From contig OZ241855.1 of NCBI GenBank assembly GCA_965202785.1, forward strand, positions 416,001-480,000: DNA of 64,000 nucleotides, in the 5' to 3' direction. Source of the stretch: Thermodesulfobacteriota bacterium. GTDB lineage: Bacteria > Desulfobacterota_D > UBA1144 > Nemesobacterales > Nemesobacteraceae. How positions within the stretch are numbered: position 1 is the first letter of the stretch; every line of letters begins with the position of its first letter. Positions 37,876 through 48,249 of the stretch are shown here, piece by piece. Made by a program: the position numbers and the translations under genes. The notes under the pieces were generated by a model. The model saw only the letters and a program-made list of their open reading frames with translations, was not told the origin of the DNA and ran no database searches.

Positions 37876-39201
37876 TTACTGGTGCATCATGTTCAGAAAG
37901 TCCATGTTGCTTTTAGTTCCCCGAAGCTTGTCAAGCAGAAATTCCATTGCTTCGGTGGTGTTCATCGGATTGAGGATTTTCCGAAGAAGCCATATGCGGT
38001 TGAGCTCGGACTCCGCGATAAGAAGCTCTTCCTTTCTGGTCCCGGATCTCTGAAGATCTATGGCAGGAAACACCCTTCTCTCCGCAAGGCGACGGTCAAG
38101 GTACACTTCCATGTTTCCCGTTCCCTTAAACTCCTCGAAGATAACCTCGTCCATGCGGCTTCCGGTATCTATAAGAGCGGTAGCTATTATGGTAAGGCTT
38201 CCTCCTTCCTCTGTGTTTCTCGCCGCCCCGAAAAATCTCTTGGGTCGCTGAAGAGCGTTTGCCTCTATTCCTCCAGAGAGCACTTTCCCGCTTGCGGGAG
38301 TCACCGTGTTGCTCGCTCTTGCAAGCCTGGTGAGGCTATCGAGCAGGATAACAACATCCTTTCCGTGCTCGACATATCTTTTAGCCTTCTCGATCACCAT
38401 GTCGGCAACCTGTATGTGCCTTTGCGCCGGTTCGTCGAAAGTCGAACTCACGACTTCTCCCTTGACCGACCTCTGCATATCGGTAACCTCCTCCGGGCGC
38501 TCGTCTATGAGCAGAACGAAAAGCTCAATTTCGGGGTGATTCTCCGTTATCGCATTGGCTATTCTCTGGATTATTATGGTCTTGCCAGTGCGGGGGGGAG
38601 CCACTATCACGGCTCTCTGCCCCTTCCCCACAGGCACGAAAAGGTTCATCACTCTCGAGCAGAACTCGTCTTTTTCATATTCAAGATCTATTTTCTCTTC
38701 CGGGTGAAGGGGAATGAGTCCCTCAAAAGGCGTTCTCTGCCTGCATATCTCGGGAGAATCGTAGTTTGCCTCCTCTATTTTGAGAAGGGCCAGGTTCTTC
38801 TCCCCTTCTCTCGGAAGCCTAACAAGACCTCTTATCGTATCCCCGGTTTTGAGGCTGAAAGATCTTATCTGGGATTTCGAAACGTATATGTCGTCCGGAC
38901 TAGGCAGATAGCTGTATTTGGGAGATCTCAGGAAACCATAACCTTCGGCCAGGATTTCAAGCACCCCTTCGGCTATTATGGAACCATGGCTTTCACTCTG
39001 TGCCTTGAGCAGGGAATAGATAAGATCCTGTTTCGCCATTCTGGCGGTATCTTCAATACCGGCCTGCCTGCTAAGCTTTATCAGGTCCGAGGGCTTTTTC
39101 GCCCTGAGATCGTTTAAGTAAAGCAGCTTGCCGTTTCCGTTTTTCTGCTCCCCTTTTTTCTGGACAGCGTCGGCAGGTTCCGCTTTAGAAACTTTTGCCA
39201 T
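37876..39201 (-). CDS. rho: Transcription termination factor Rho
   Basis: [33 protein letters not shown] and SGTRKEELL motifs. Confidence 0.98.
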   Translation of the reverse strand: MAKVSKAEPADAVQKKGEQKNGNGKLLYLNDLRAKKPSDLIKLSRQAGIEDTARMAKQDLIYSLLKAQSESHGSIIAEGVLEILAEGYGFLRSPKYSYLPSPDDIYVSKSQIRSFSLKTGDTIRGLVRLPREGEKNLALLKIEEANYDSPEICRQRTPFEGLIPLHPEEKIDLEYEKDEFCSRVMNLFVPVGKGQRAVIVAPPRTGKTIIIQRIANAITENHPEIELFVLLIDERPEEVTDMQRSVKGEVVSSTFDEPAQRHIQVADMVIEKAKRYVEHGKDVVILLDSLTRLARASNTVTPASGKVLSGGIEANALQRPKRFFGAARNTEEGGSLTIIATALIDTGSRMDEVIFEEFKGTGNMEVYLDRRLAERRVFPAIDLQRSGTRKEELLIAESELNRIWLLRKILNPMNTTEAMEFLLDKLRGTKSNMDFLNMMHQ

Positions 39202-39339
39202 ACGGTAAAACTCCTTGAACTAAGGTATTGTTAAATTTCTTGGTTCAAAAAATAATCGAAATCTTTTGAAGTGTCAGGAATGCGACAATCTCGCGCGTTA
39301 AGAGTTCAAAGTGAAAAATCAGTATAATCGATGCAGTTA

Positions 39340-39368
39340 ATAGTATTGCCGCGTAACGAGCTTGTCAA
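39340..39368 (-). promoter_or_regulatory. sigma70-like promoter for rho
   Basis: Minus strand TTGACA-17 nt-TACTAT, giving a leader of about 130 nt. Confidence 0.6.
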
Positions 39369-39548
39369 TATCTAAAATCGAACTTGTCAAGAGAAAAGCT
39401 TACTCCGCACAAAATCCACACCGCTTTTCTATGAGAATCCCGCTCCCGCCTGACAAGCCTATTTAACACCTAGAACCCTGCGGCTGAAACTACCCTTAAT
39501 AGATACACAAATAAGAAAAAATGTCAAGATGGTTCGGTCTCAGTGGCG

Positions 39549-39573
39549 CTCCCCGCTCGTAGTGGGGAGTTTT
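39549..39573 (+). terminator. Intrinsic terminator-like hairpin upstream of yebC
   Basis: CTCCCCGCT-CGT-AGTGGGGAG followed by TTTT. Confidence 0.45.
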
Positions 39574-39660
39574 CGAAGTTCTGTGGCAATTTGAGAGGAT
39601 TTTCGGTTATACTTTACGCAAGAATGTACAGAAACGGAGAAACAAGGGGGATGAGCTAAG

Positions 39661-40407
39661 ATGGCGGGTCATTCCAAATGGGCGAACATAAAACACAGGA
39701 AAGCCGCGGTTGACGCCAAGAGGGGAAAGATATTCACCAAGCTTATCAGGGAGCTTACAGTCGCCGCCAAGGAAGGGGGAGGCGATCCGGAATCCAATCC
39801 CCGTCTTCGCACCGCTGTAGCGACTGCGAAAGGTGCCAACATGCCCAACGACACGATAGAGAGGGCCATAAAACGGGGCACCGGGGATATCGAGGGAGTA
39901 GTCTACAACGAGATATTTTACGAAGGGTATGGACCCGGCGGAAGTGCCGTATACGTAAAGACCCTTACTGATAACAGAAACAGAACCGTCTCCGAAATAA
40001 GAAGAATATTCACCAAGCACGGCGGAGGGCTCGGGGAGAACGGCTGCGTTGCGTGGATGTTCGATCTTAAGGGAAGAATCGCGTTTGCCGGAAGCTCGGT
40101 TGACGAGGATGCTCTTTTCGATGTGGTAATAGACGCGGGGGCTGACGATGTGCGCACCGAGGACAGCGATATCGTGGTTATAGCACCCACAGAGAACTAT
40201 GAAACCGTAAAAAGAGCGGTCTCCGACGCCGGAATACAGTACGAATCAGCCGAAGTCACCATGATACCGCAGACAAACGTTAGAATCGAGGGGCGGGACG
40301 CCGAACACATGATAAGATTGATGGAAGCGCTTGAAGACAGCGACGATGTCCAGAACGTGTACGCCAACTTCGATATAGACGAGCAGTTACTCGAGGCAAT
40401 TGGATAA
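39661..40407 (+). CDS. yebC: YebC/PmpR family protein
   Basis: [27 protein letters not shown] and DDVQNVY.N motifs. Confidence 0.97.
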   Translation: MAGHSKWANIKHRKAAVDAKRGKIFTKLIRELTVAAKEGGGDPESNPRLRTAVATAKGANMPNDTIERAIKRGTGDIEGVVYNEIFYEGYGPGGSAVYVKTLTDNRNRTVSEIRRIFTKHGGGLGENGCVAWMFDLKGRIAFAGSSVDEDALFDVVIDAGADDVRTEDSDIVVIAPTENYETVKRAVSDAGIQYESAEVTMIPQTNVRIEGRDAEHMIRLMEALEDSDDVQNVYANFDIDEQLLEAIG

Positions 40408-40966
40408 AATTTCCGACACCAGGGTCATGGGAATCGACCCCGGATCAAGATCCTGCGGCTACGGAATCGTGGACGGCGCGGGAAACCGGCTAAGCTACGT
40501 AACCAGTGGAACAATCACTCCCGCGTCTGGAAACTCCGCTTCTGAAAAACTGAACGATATCTATGTCGGGATCCTGAGGGTAATTGACGATTACGCTCCC
40601 TCGATCGTATCAGTCGAGGAGATGTTTTTCGCCAAAAACGCGAGAAGCGCAATAAAGCTCGGCCAGTCGAGGGGCATAGCGATCCTGGCAGCAGCGCAGA
40701 GAGGAATCCCGGTAAGCGAGTACGCACCCACCAGGGTGAAACTTGCCCTGACCGGCAGAGGAAGAGCAGGCAAGGAAGAGATGCAGAAAATGCTTTCCTA
40801 CATGCTCGGAGTCAGCGAATTTCAAAGCACGGATGAGTCAGACGCACTCGCGATCGCAATCTGCCACTTAAGTCTTTCAAAATACGGACTGCCGGACGGC
40901 ACTATTGGCAGTGCAGGAAACCGGCGCAGGAAAAAGAGATTCACTGCAAATGATCTATCTGCTTAG
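40400..40966 (+). CDS. ruvC: Holliday junction resolvase RuvC
   Basis: GIDPG, VEE.FF.KN, LGQ.RG and D.SDALA motifs. Confidence 0.96.
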   Translation: MDKISDTRVMGIDPGSRSCGYGIVDGAGNRLSYVTSGTITPASGNSASEKLNDIYVGILRVIDDYAPSIVSVEEMFFAKNARSAIKLGQSRGIAILAAAQRGIPVSEYAPTRVKLALTGRGRAGKEEMQKMLSYMLGVSEFQSTDESDALAIAICHLSLSKYGLPDGTIGSAGNRRRKKRFTANDLSA

Positions 40967-41537
40967 AGGCGTAATCGCTTGTAAGGAAATCGGTACCGTC
41001 GTCATTGACGTAAACGGGGTCGGTTACGGCGTTACAGTTCCACTTTCGACTTACTATGATCTCGGAACCGAGGGGGAGGAAGTTGAACTCAAAATACATA
41101 CAAGCCAGAGGGAAAACAGCATTGAGTTGTTCGGGTTTCTCACCGAAGCGGAAAAAGAACTCTTTGAAAAACTCATCGGCGTTTCCGGCATAGGACCAAA
41201 AGCGGCCACAAACGTGCTTTCGAACATTTCCACCTCAGAGCTTGTAAGGTCCATAATAAACGGGGACTTGGCGCAGAAAAAAATCCGCGGTATCGGCACC
41301 AAAACCGCTACCAAGATAGTAAACGAGCTTAAGGACAAACTTTATGACCTTGTGACAGACGAAGAGTCCTCGATATCGAACACCATGCTTAGCGACACGA
41401 TTTCCGCGCTGCTTAATCTGGGCTACACGAGAACCGAAGTGGAAAAGAAAACCTCCGAGATCAAAAAAATCATTGAGGTCTCAGGGGGCTCCATAGAGGA
41501 TGTGCTCCGGGATTCTCTTAAGGTGATAAGAAACTAG
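40950..41537 (+). CDS. ruvA: Holliday junction branch migration protein RuvA
   Basis: MI..LRG, GVGY, LFGF, VSGIGPK and ALLNLGY motifs. Confidence 0.95.
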   Translation: MIYLLRGVIACKEIGTVVIDVNGVGYGVTVPLSTYYDLGTEGEEVELKIHTSQRENSIELFGFLTEAEKELFEKLIGVSGIGPKAATNVLSNISTSELVRSIINGDLAQKKIRGIGTKTATKIVNELKDKLYDLVTDEESSISNTMLSDTISALLNLGYTRTEVEKKTSEIKKIIEVSGGSIEDVLRDSLKVIRN

Positions 41538-42563
41538 ATGCCAGAGAACACAAGAAAAACTGTCTCGCCCGAATACACGGAAACGGACGAGCTTACGGAC
41601 GTAAATCTTCGTCCCGCTTTTCTTCGGGACTTCATCGGGCAGCCGAGCGTAAAGGAGCAGGTAGCCATATTCATCGGCGCCGCCAAGGCGAGAGGCGAGG
41701 CCCTCGATCACGTCCTTCTCTCCGGTCCCCCAGGACTTGGAAAAACCACCCTCGCTCACATATTCGCAAATGAACTCGGCGTGGGACTGCACCTTACCTC
41801 GGGACCGGTTCTGGAAAGAACCGGGGACCTTGCTTCCATGCTCACCAATCTCGGCGAAAAGGACGTGCTTTTCATCGATGAGATACACAGGATAAACAGA
41901 GTCGTCGAGGAATATCTCTATTCCGCGATGGAGGATTTCACCATCGACCTCATGATAGGAGAAGGTCCAACGGCAAGATCAGTGAAAATAAACCTCAACA
42001 GGTTCACCCTAATAGGAGCAACAACCCGAACGGGGCTTCTCACCTCCCCGTTCCGCTCCCGCTTCGGGGTCGAACTCAGGCTTGACTACTACAGCACCAA
42101 AGAGCTCTCAAGCATAGTAAAAAGATCCTCCGGCATTCTCGGGGTCGAGATAACGGACGAAGGGGCCCGCGGGATGACCTCTAGGGCAAGAGGAACCCCC
42201 AGGATAGCCAACAGGCTTCTTAAGAGGGTGAGGGACTACGCACAGATGAAATCGGACGGACGCATAACCGAAACCGTGGTCAGGAACGCACTTTCGATGC
42301 TTGAGATAGATTCAAGGGGTCTTGATAATCTCGACAGGGCGATACTCACCTCCATAATCGAAAAATTCGGAGGGGGTCCCGTAGGGATAGACACTATCTC
42401 AGCTGCTGTGAGCGAGGACAAGGACACGATAGAAAATGTCTACGAACCCTTCCTGATAAGAGAGGGGCTAGTGGAAAAAACCCCCAAGGGAAGAAAGGCT
42501 ACGAAGCTTGCCTACAGGCATCTGGGACTCAGCCCGAGCGAAGGGCAGCCAAAACTTCTCTGA
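41538..42563 (+). CDS. ruvB: Holliday junction helicase RuvB
   Basis: [24 protein letters not shown] and RGTPRIANR motifs. Confidence 0.98.
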   Translation: MPENTRKTVSPEYTETDELTDVNLRPAFLRDFIGQPSVKEQVAIFIGAAKARGEALDHVLLSGPPGLGKTTLAHIFANELGVGLHLTSGPVLERTGDLASMLTNLGEKDVLFIDEIHRINRVVEEYLYSAMEDFTIDLMIGEGPTARSVKINLNRFTLIGATTRTGLLTSPFRSRFGVELRLDYYSTKELSSIVKRSSGILGVEITDEGARGMTSRARGTPRIANRLLKRVRDYAQMKSDGRITETVVRNALSMLEIDSRGLDNLDRAILTSIIEKFGGGPVGIDTISAAVSEDKDTIENVYEPFLIREGLVEKTPKGRKATKLAYRHLGLSPSEGQPKLL

Positions 42564-42586
42564 CCCGCGCAAGGATCTGAGAACAT

Positions 42587-43033
42587 TCAGTCAAGGGGGA
42601 TTTCCCTTATGAACTCATCCCAGTGATTTCCGGAAATGGAGTCTATTATTTTCCTCGGTTCCTTGTAACCCTTCTCGCCGGGAAACAATTTCCCGTATAC
42701 CTCGTCCCTCACCTCAAGCCACCTGTCTATCGCCGCGTAGTTTTTGAATTTTACCACGGTCTTGTAAGTCCAAAGCGGCTTTATGGTATGTATTCTCTGT
42801 GAATACATCCTGTAATCATCAACGGTGATACCCAGCTTTTTCATTTCCTGCCAGAAAGGAAAAAGACGGGTTCTGTATACCCTGAGAAACTCCTCGCGGT
42901 TCTCGGGCGCCACGGTATAGAAACTCTCTTCCACCACGATCGTGTATCTATCCTCCTCCGCACGAACCGCCACGGCAGTCACGAGGAAGAAAATCAGGAT
43001 GAAAACAGATGCAAAACAATACTTTCTTGACAC
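42587..43033 (-). CDS. Exported hypothetical protein (NIPSNAP/dimeric alpha-beta barrel-like)
   Basis: GTG 43033 with GGAGG RBS, signal peptide ending AVRA, and a Y.V.P..REEF..Y pattern. Confidence 0.6.
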   Translation of the reverse strand: MSRKYCFASVFILIFFLVTAVAVRAEEDRYTIVVEESFYTVAPENREEFLRVYRTRLFPFWQEMKKLGITVDDYRMYSQRIHTIKPLWTYKTVVKFKNYAAIDRWLEVRDEVYGKLFPGEKGYKEPRKIIDSISGNHWDEFIREIPLD

Positions 43034-43288
43034 TTTGATCCCTCCATTGAGCGCATTATTCACGGATGTTCGTAAACCCCGCACGGCCTTTTAATTGTAC
43101 CTGACAGCAAAGTTATGCTTAATTCCGCAAAACGGGTAAAATAATAGAATTAGGGTTTCCTGCCTGATTTCTATCAGCGGTTATCTTTTTGTCCGGCATT
43201 GGGTTATCCGGCCGCGTGCCGCCCGCGACATGGCTTGAAAAATTTACCGACGGAACCGGAATTTTCGAATTTCGCCTAAGCGCCCTTT

Positions 43289-44005
43289 ATGAACCTGTTC
43301 ACGGAAGGAACAAACAACATATTAATGCTGCTTGTAAGCACCGGACCTGTGGTAAAGGCCGTGCTTCTGCTTTTAATTTTCATGTCGGTTGTTTCCTGGG
43401 CGATCATCTACACTAAATTCCGTCTTCTAAGAAGTTCTTCCAAGAAATCAGCCGCGTTTCTCAATCTTTATCATTCAAACGAAGACATGAGGGCGCTTCT
43501 CTCCTTCTCGGAGAAGGTAGGCGGTCCGGTTGCCGAGCTGTTCAGGGCGGGCTATGCGGAAGTGGTTAAAACGGAGAAAAAGAAAAGCCGGGGCGAACTT
43601 GATCCTAAGGGGCCCGGAGACATTTCTTCCCGTTCCGAATCCGTAGACTTGGTGGAAAGAGCGCTTAACAGGGCGATGACCAAAGAGGCTTCAAAGCTTG
43701 AAAAATCCCTGGTTTTCCTTGCAACCACCGGCAGTTCAGCTCCATTCATAGGGTTGTTCGGAACCGTTTGGGGCATTATGAACTCCTTTATAGGACTTGC
43801 GGGAAGCAAGGGTGTTCCCTCGCTTGAGGTCGTGGCTCCGGGAATCGCGGAGGCGCTTATAGCGACCGCTATCGGTCTTGCGGCCGCCATACCCGCCACG
43901 ATAGCTTACAACTACTTTGTCAACCGGGTAAGAGCCATGGAGGTGGAAATGGAGCACTTCTGTGCCGGATTTCTGAACACGGCGGAAAGGTATCTAAACA
44001 GGTAG
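43289..44005 (+). CDS. tolQ: Tol-Pal protein TolQ
   Basis: Three TM helices; APFIGLFGTVWGIM..F and VAPGIAEAL.ATA.GL motifs. Confidence 0.92.
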   Translation: MNLFTEGTNNILMLLVSTGPVVKAVLLLLIFMSVVSWAIIYTKFRLLRSSSKKSAAFLNLYHSNEDMRALLSFSEKVGGPVAELFRAGYAEVVKTEKKKSRGELDPKGPGDISSRSESVDLVERALNRAMTKEASKLEKSLVFLATTGSSAPFIGLFGTVWGIMNSFIGLAGSKGVPSLEVVAPGIAEALIATAIGLAAAIPATIAYNYFVNRVRAMEVEMEHFCAGFLNTAERYLNR

Positions 44006-44021
44006 CGGGGAATTTCGCCTC

Positions 44022-44465
44022 ATGGCAGCGGGAAAATTCAACACCGGCCGGAGCAGGTCAGTCCTCTCAGAGATAAACGTCACTCCCTTTGTTGACGTAA
44101 TGCTGGTTCTTCTGGTTATTTTCATGGTCACCACTCCAATACTTTATCAGGGAATCAGGGTAAACCTTCCACAGACGGCATCTTCTAAAATCCCGGTCAA
44201 AAACCAGAAACAGATAACCGTGACCGTAACCGGATCCGGAAATATATTTCTCGAAGACACAAGCTATCCGCTTTCAGAAATCGCCGCCGCTCTCGGCAAA
44301 TTAATGGCGGCGGAGGGAACCTCGCCTGAGAGCGGACGGGTTTTTCTCAGAGCCGACAAATCGGTCAAATACGGATTCGTGGTAAAGGTCATAGACGAGA
44401 TAAAGAAAACCGGCGTTGAAAAGCTGAGCCTGATCACGGAGTCAAAAAACATAAGGGACAAATAA
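44022..44465 (+). CDS. tolR: Tol-Pal protein TolR
   Basis: SEINVTPFVDVMLVLLVIFM and LRAD..V.YG motifs. Confidence 0.9.
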   Translation: MAAGKFNTGRSRSVLSEINVTPFVDVMLVLLVIFMVTTPILYQGIRVNLPQTASSKIPVKNQKQITVTVTGSGNIFLEDTSYPLSEIAAALGKLMAAEGTSPESGRVFLRADKSVKYGFVVKVIDEIKKTGVEKLSLITESKNIRDK

Positions 44466-44481
44466 GCGGACATGTGAAAAG

Positions 44482-45336
44482 ATGAAGGGAGAAAAGAATC
44501 AGTTTCGCAAAGGGCTTTTTATTTCCCTGGGTCTTCATCTGCTGATTGTCTGCCTGCTTGCTCTCGGAGTCGGAAGGCACGGGCAGGTCTCCTCCGAGCA
44601 ATCAATAGAAGTGTCGCTCTCGACCCAAGTTCCGCGAGCCAGCGAGAAAAAATCAGTTGTCAGGACTCCAAGCCGTCCCCAGAAGCCCAAGAAAAGCACA
44701 AAAAAGATCAAAGAAGCTCCTAAAAAGCAGGTAAAGTCTCCCCAGAAGAAAAAAGCGGCCCCGGTGAAGGCAAAAAAAGAAAAAAGTCCGGAAGCCCCAG
44801 CGCCGCAGACAAAACCAAACAAGAAGCCAAAAGAACCCCCAGTGACAAGCAAGGAAACATCGCCAGTCACAGAACCCGAAACGGAAAAAGAAGAAGCCGC
44901 CGCCGAGAAAAAAGCTCTTGAATCCGGAAAAAAGGAAGTGATCAGGAGCATCAAGAAAGAATCCGTTTTAAGCAGCATCAAGAAAAGTGCCGGGCAAGCG
45001 TCTGTCGAACCGACTCCCAAAGAATCCGGCCCCGGGGTCATCTCACTTGTGCTTGACGTCTATTACAGAACAATATCGAAACGGATACAGAGAAGCTTGA
45101 TACTGCCACTTAACATAGATTCCGGTATCCTTCTGGCGGCTCAGGTAAATTTTTACATGAAAGAAACCGGCGAGGTGTACGATGTGGGAATAGAAAGAAG
45201 CTCCGGGAACCTGAAGTTCGATTCTTACTGCATAAAGGCTGTAAACGACGCTTCGCCACTTCCCCCTCCGCCAAGTGAGTTGAGAGACAGGATAAAGTCG
45301 GAATTCTTTGTCATCTCCTGTGAAAGCAAAAAGTGA
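44482..45336 (+). CDS. tolA: TolA/TonB-family energy transducer
   Basis: TM helix with S-x3-H, a Lys/Pro/Glu-rich linker, and a C-terminal SSGN..FD...A....P.P.P domain. Confidence 0.75.
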   Translation: MKGEKNQFRKGLFISLGLHLLIVCLLALGVGRHGQVSSEQSIEVSLSTQVPRASEKKSVVRTPSRPQKPKKSTKKIKEAPKKQVKSPQKKKAAPVKAKKEKSPEAPAPQTKPNKKPKEPPVTSKETSPVTEPETEKEEAAAEKKALESGKKEVIRSIKKESVLSSIKKSAGQASVEPTPKESGPGVISLVLDVYYRTISKRIQRSLILPLNIDSGILLAAQVNFYMKETGEVYDVGIERSSGNLKFDSYCIKAVNDASPLPPPPSELRDRIKSEFFVISCESKK

Positions 45337-45956
45337 TTCGCATGCGCCTGATACTCGTAAGACACGGAAAAACAGACTGGAACGAAACCGGAAAATGTCA
45401 GGGGATAAGCGATGTTCCACTTAATCACGCCGGAATGGAGCAGGCGGAGAAAGTGGCTTTCTCCCTTAAGGATGAAAGTATCGACCGCATATACTCAAGC
45501 GGCCTTGTAAGGGCGAAGACGACGGCGGAGAAAATCGCCGCGTACCACTCCATTGACGTTGATATCAGAGATGATCTCCGGGAGATGGATCAGGGAATTT
45601 TCGAGGGGCTTGATTTCTCCTACATAAGGGAAAAATATTCTGACGTGCTTGAGCACTGGCGCAAAGATCCGGAAACCCTGCAGTTACCAGGCGGAGAGTC
45701 ATTGAAAGGCGTTCAGCGAAGGGCCCTTGACGCCATAGTAGATATCAAAAGCCGTTTCGAATCGCAGAATATAGTGGTCGTAAGCCACAATATGGTCATA
45801 GGCACACTGCTTTGCAGTTTTACCGGAAGCTCCCTTAAGAAATTGCGCGATTACATAGTAGACGAAGCCTCAAAAAGCGTTGTTGAAATATACGACGACA
45901 GGTTCGTTATAATATCTTTTAACGATATTGATCACCTAGACCCTCCCGTTGAGTAA
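45333..45956 (+). CDS. Histidine phosphatase (phosphoglycerate mutase/CobC-like)
   Basis: RHG.T.WN, QG..D.PL, RA..TA, LRE...G.FEG, PGGES and VSH motifs. Confidence 0.9.
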   Translation: MIRMRLILVRHGKTDWNETGKCQGISDVPLNHAGMEQAEKVAFSLKDESIDRIYSSGLVRAKTTAEKIAAYHSIDVDIRDDLREMDQGIFEGLDFSYIREKYSDVLEHWRKDPETLQLPGGESLKGVQRRALDAIVDIKSRFESQNIVVVSHNMVIGTLLCSFTGSSLKKLRDYIVDEASKSVVEIYDDRFVIISFNDIDHLDPPVE

Positions 45957-45974
45957 GTCAGGCCGCAAAAACTC

Positions 45975-47648
45975 ATGAAGGACGAAATACTGAAAATCAT
46001 AAAAGAGTCCGTGGATTCGCTCACATTACCCGGAAGCCCGATGGGAAACGAGACAGAGTTCGAGGTATCGGTACCTAAAAAAAAGGAATTCGGAGATTTC
46101 TCCACGAATGCGGCGCTCGTTATAGGGAGCATGAAAGGTGAAAATCCCCGTGAAGTCGCGCAAAAAATAGTTGAGGCTATAGAGCAGCTTCAGCACGGGT
46201 TCATAGAAAGGCTCGAGATTGCGGGACCGGGATTCATAAATTTTTTCGTTAACGAAACCCTGTTCGAATCACAACTTAGAGAAATTCTCCGTCTCGGCGA
46301 TAAGTACGGAACTTCCCGCGGGGGTTCCGGACAGAAAGTGATAGTTGAATTCGTAAGCGCCAATCCTACTGGCTACCTTCATTTCGGCCACGCCCGAAAC
46401 GCCGTTGTCGGAGACTCGGTGTGCAGAATACTTTCTTTTTGCGGATACGAGGTGACCAGAGAATTCTACATAAATGACGCAGGCAGGCAGATGGATATGC
46501 TTGGCGAGTCGGTATACTCGGCTCTTGCACAATCCCACGGACTTAAAAGAGAGCTTCCGGAAGACGGCTATCGCGGCAAGTACATCTCAGAACTCGCCGG
46601 GGAAATAAAAAAATCGCAAGAATGCCCTCAAGTGCCCGGGGATGAATCGGCAGCTATCGAGTTCTGCAGGGAGTTTGCTTACTCAAGGCTTCTTGAGGAA
46701 ATGAAAACTGACCTTCTGGACCTGAGGGTGAATTTTGACAACTGGTACAGCGAGAGAACCAAAATACACGGCCGCGGTTCTGAAGAGGGAAAACTGGATA
46801 ACACTCTTGCCAGACTCAAGGACCTTGGGGCAGTTGAAAGAAAGGAGCAGGCGCTCTGGTTCAGGGCTTCCCTGTACGGGGACGGCAAGGACTGGGTAAT
46901 AATAAAAAAAGACGGCGATCCGACTTACTTTCTATCCGACATAGCTTACCACGTGGATAAATATTCAAGAGGATTTTCCAAGCTGGTAAACGTCTGGGGA
47001 GCCGATCACCACAGCCACGTATCGCGTCTTAAGTCCTCCATTAAGGCTCTCGGCCTGAATGAATCTTCCCTGCATATGCTCCTTATACAGTTCGTGAGGC
47101 TCGTAAGAGACGGTGTGGAAGTCTCTATGTCGAAAAGAGCAGGAGATTTCGTCACGCTCCGCGAAGTGCTCCGCGAGGTCGGATGTGACGCCACGAGATT
47201 CTTTTTGCTCATGAGAAGCTCCGACAGCCACCTTGATTTTGACCTTTCACTGGCGAAAGAAGAGTCCAGCGAAAATCCCGTTTACTACGTTCAGTACGCA
47301 AACGCTAGAATTTCAAGTCTGCTAAGAAACTCCGAGAAAGCGGGAGTGAGTGCCTCGGAGGAGCATCTTAATCTCCTTTCGGACGATGAAGAACGAAGCT
47401 TAATGAAAACACTTCTAAGATTCCCCGAGGTAGTGCATTCGGCGGCCGAGTCGCTTTCCCCGCACAAAGTGGTTTATTATCTTCAGGAATTGGCGGCCGA
47501 GTTTCATTTTTATTACAATAAGACGAGAATTCTCGACTCGGAGAACACCGGCATGGCCTCGGCAAGACTCTATCTGGCACGTTGCGTACAGGTAGTAATA
47601 GAAAACGGTCTCGGTCTTCTCGGAATAAACGCCCCCAGAAGCATGTGA
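45975..47648 (+). CDS. argS: Arginyl-tRNA synthetase
   Basis: FGDFSTN, AGPGFIN, SANPTG.LHFGH, WGADH, MSKR and YVQYA motifs. Confidence 0.97.
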   Translation: MKDEILKIIKESVDSLTLPGSPMGNETEFEVSVPKKKEFGDFSTNAALVIGSMKGENPREVAQKIVEAIEQLQHGFIERLEIAGPGFINFFVNETLFESQLREILRLGDKYGTSRGGSGQKVIVEFVSANPTGYLHFGHARNAVVGDSVCRILSFCGYEVTREFYINDAGRQMDMLGESVYSALAQSHGLKRELPEDGYRGKYISELAGEIKKSQECPQVPGDESAAIEFCREFAYSRLLEEMKTDLLDLRVNFDNWYSERTKIHGRGSEEGKLDNTLARLKDLGAVERKEQALWFRASLYGDGKDWVIIKKDGDPTYFLSDIAYHVDKYSRGFSKLVNVWGADHHSHVSRLKSSIKALGLNESSLHMLLIQFVRLVRDGVEVSMSKRAGDFVTLREVLREVGCDATRFFLLMRSSDSHLDFDLSLAKEESSENPVYYVQYANARISSLLRNSEKAGVSASEEHLNLLSDDEERSLMKTLLRFPEVVHSAAESLSPHKVVYYLQELAAEFHFYYNKTRILDSENTGMASARLYLARCVQVVIENGLGLLGINAPRSM

Positions 47649-47650
47649 AA

Positions 47651-48178
47651 ATGACTGAAGAAAAAAAAGAAAAAAATCCCCGGGTTCTGCGGCTTTCTCT
47701 GGTTTTTCTCGTTGTCTTCACAATGGTGTTTTCCCTGGGAGTCGTGGTGGGGAAAAAATTCATCCCCGCGGACGAGCCTGTCTCGGCGGAGAAATCTCCC
47801 GGACTTCTGGAAAAATTGTTTTCGCTTGTCTCACGAGAGAAAACCCTAAGCGGTGAACCGGAAAAACCGGCCGTCACTCCAGATGAAAAAGACCCATCCG
47901 CCCGTGATAAGTACCTGTCGGCGATGATCAATCCTGACCATAAATACACCATTCAGATCAGCTCTTTCCTGAGCAAGAAAGTCGCCAACCGAACCGTGAG
48001 ATTCTACAAGGACAGGGGATATCCCGCTTTTATAAGGGAGTACTCGCCTTCTGAAATCACAACTTTCTACAGAGTGAGGATAGGAACCTTTCAATCCAAG
48101 GAACAGGCACGGGAATACGGAACCGAAATAAAGGAAAAAGAAAGGGATTTCAAGTTCTACGTAACTGTTAACGACTGA
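47651..48178 (+). CDS. SPOR-domain membrane protein (FtsN/DedD-like)
   Basis: TM helix F.LG..VG and a C-terminal YTIQ..SF...A...YRVRIG.F SPOR domain. Shows the argS-SPOR gene order. Confidence 0.8.
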   Translation: MTEEKKEKNPRVLRLSLVFLVVFTMVFSLGVVVGKKFIPADEPVSAEKSPGLLEKLFSLVSREKTLSGEPEKPAVTPDEKDPSARDKYLSAMINPDHKYTIQISSFLSKKVANRTVRFYKDRGYPAFIREYSPSEITTFYRVRIGTFQSKEQAREYGTEIKEKERDFKFYVTVND

Positions 48179-48249
48179 ACGGCAGAGGACAGCCGTAAAT
48201 CGTCTACCTGCGATAGACTACAAAGGAAGTTACAGGGTATTATTTTTTT

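Noticed and set aside
37837-39117. 426-aa ORF antisense to rho
   Set aside because: Shadow ORF on the opposite strand of a highly conserved gene, with no recognisable motifs.
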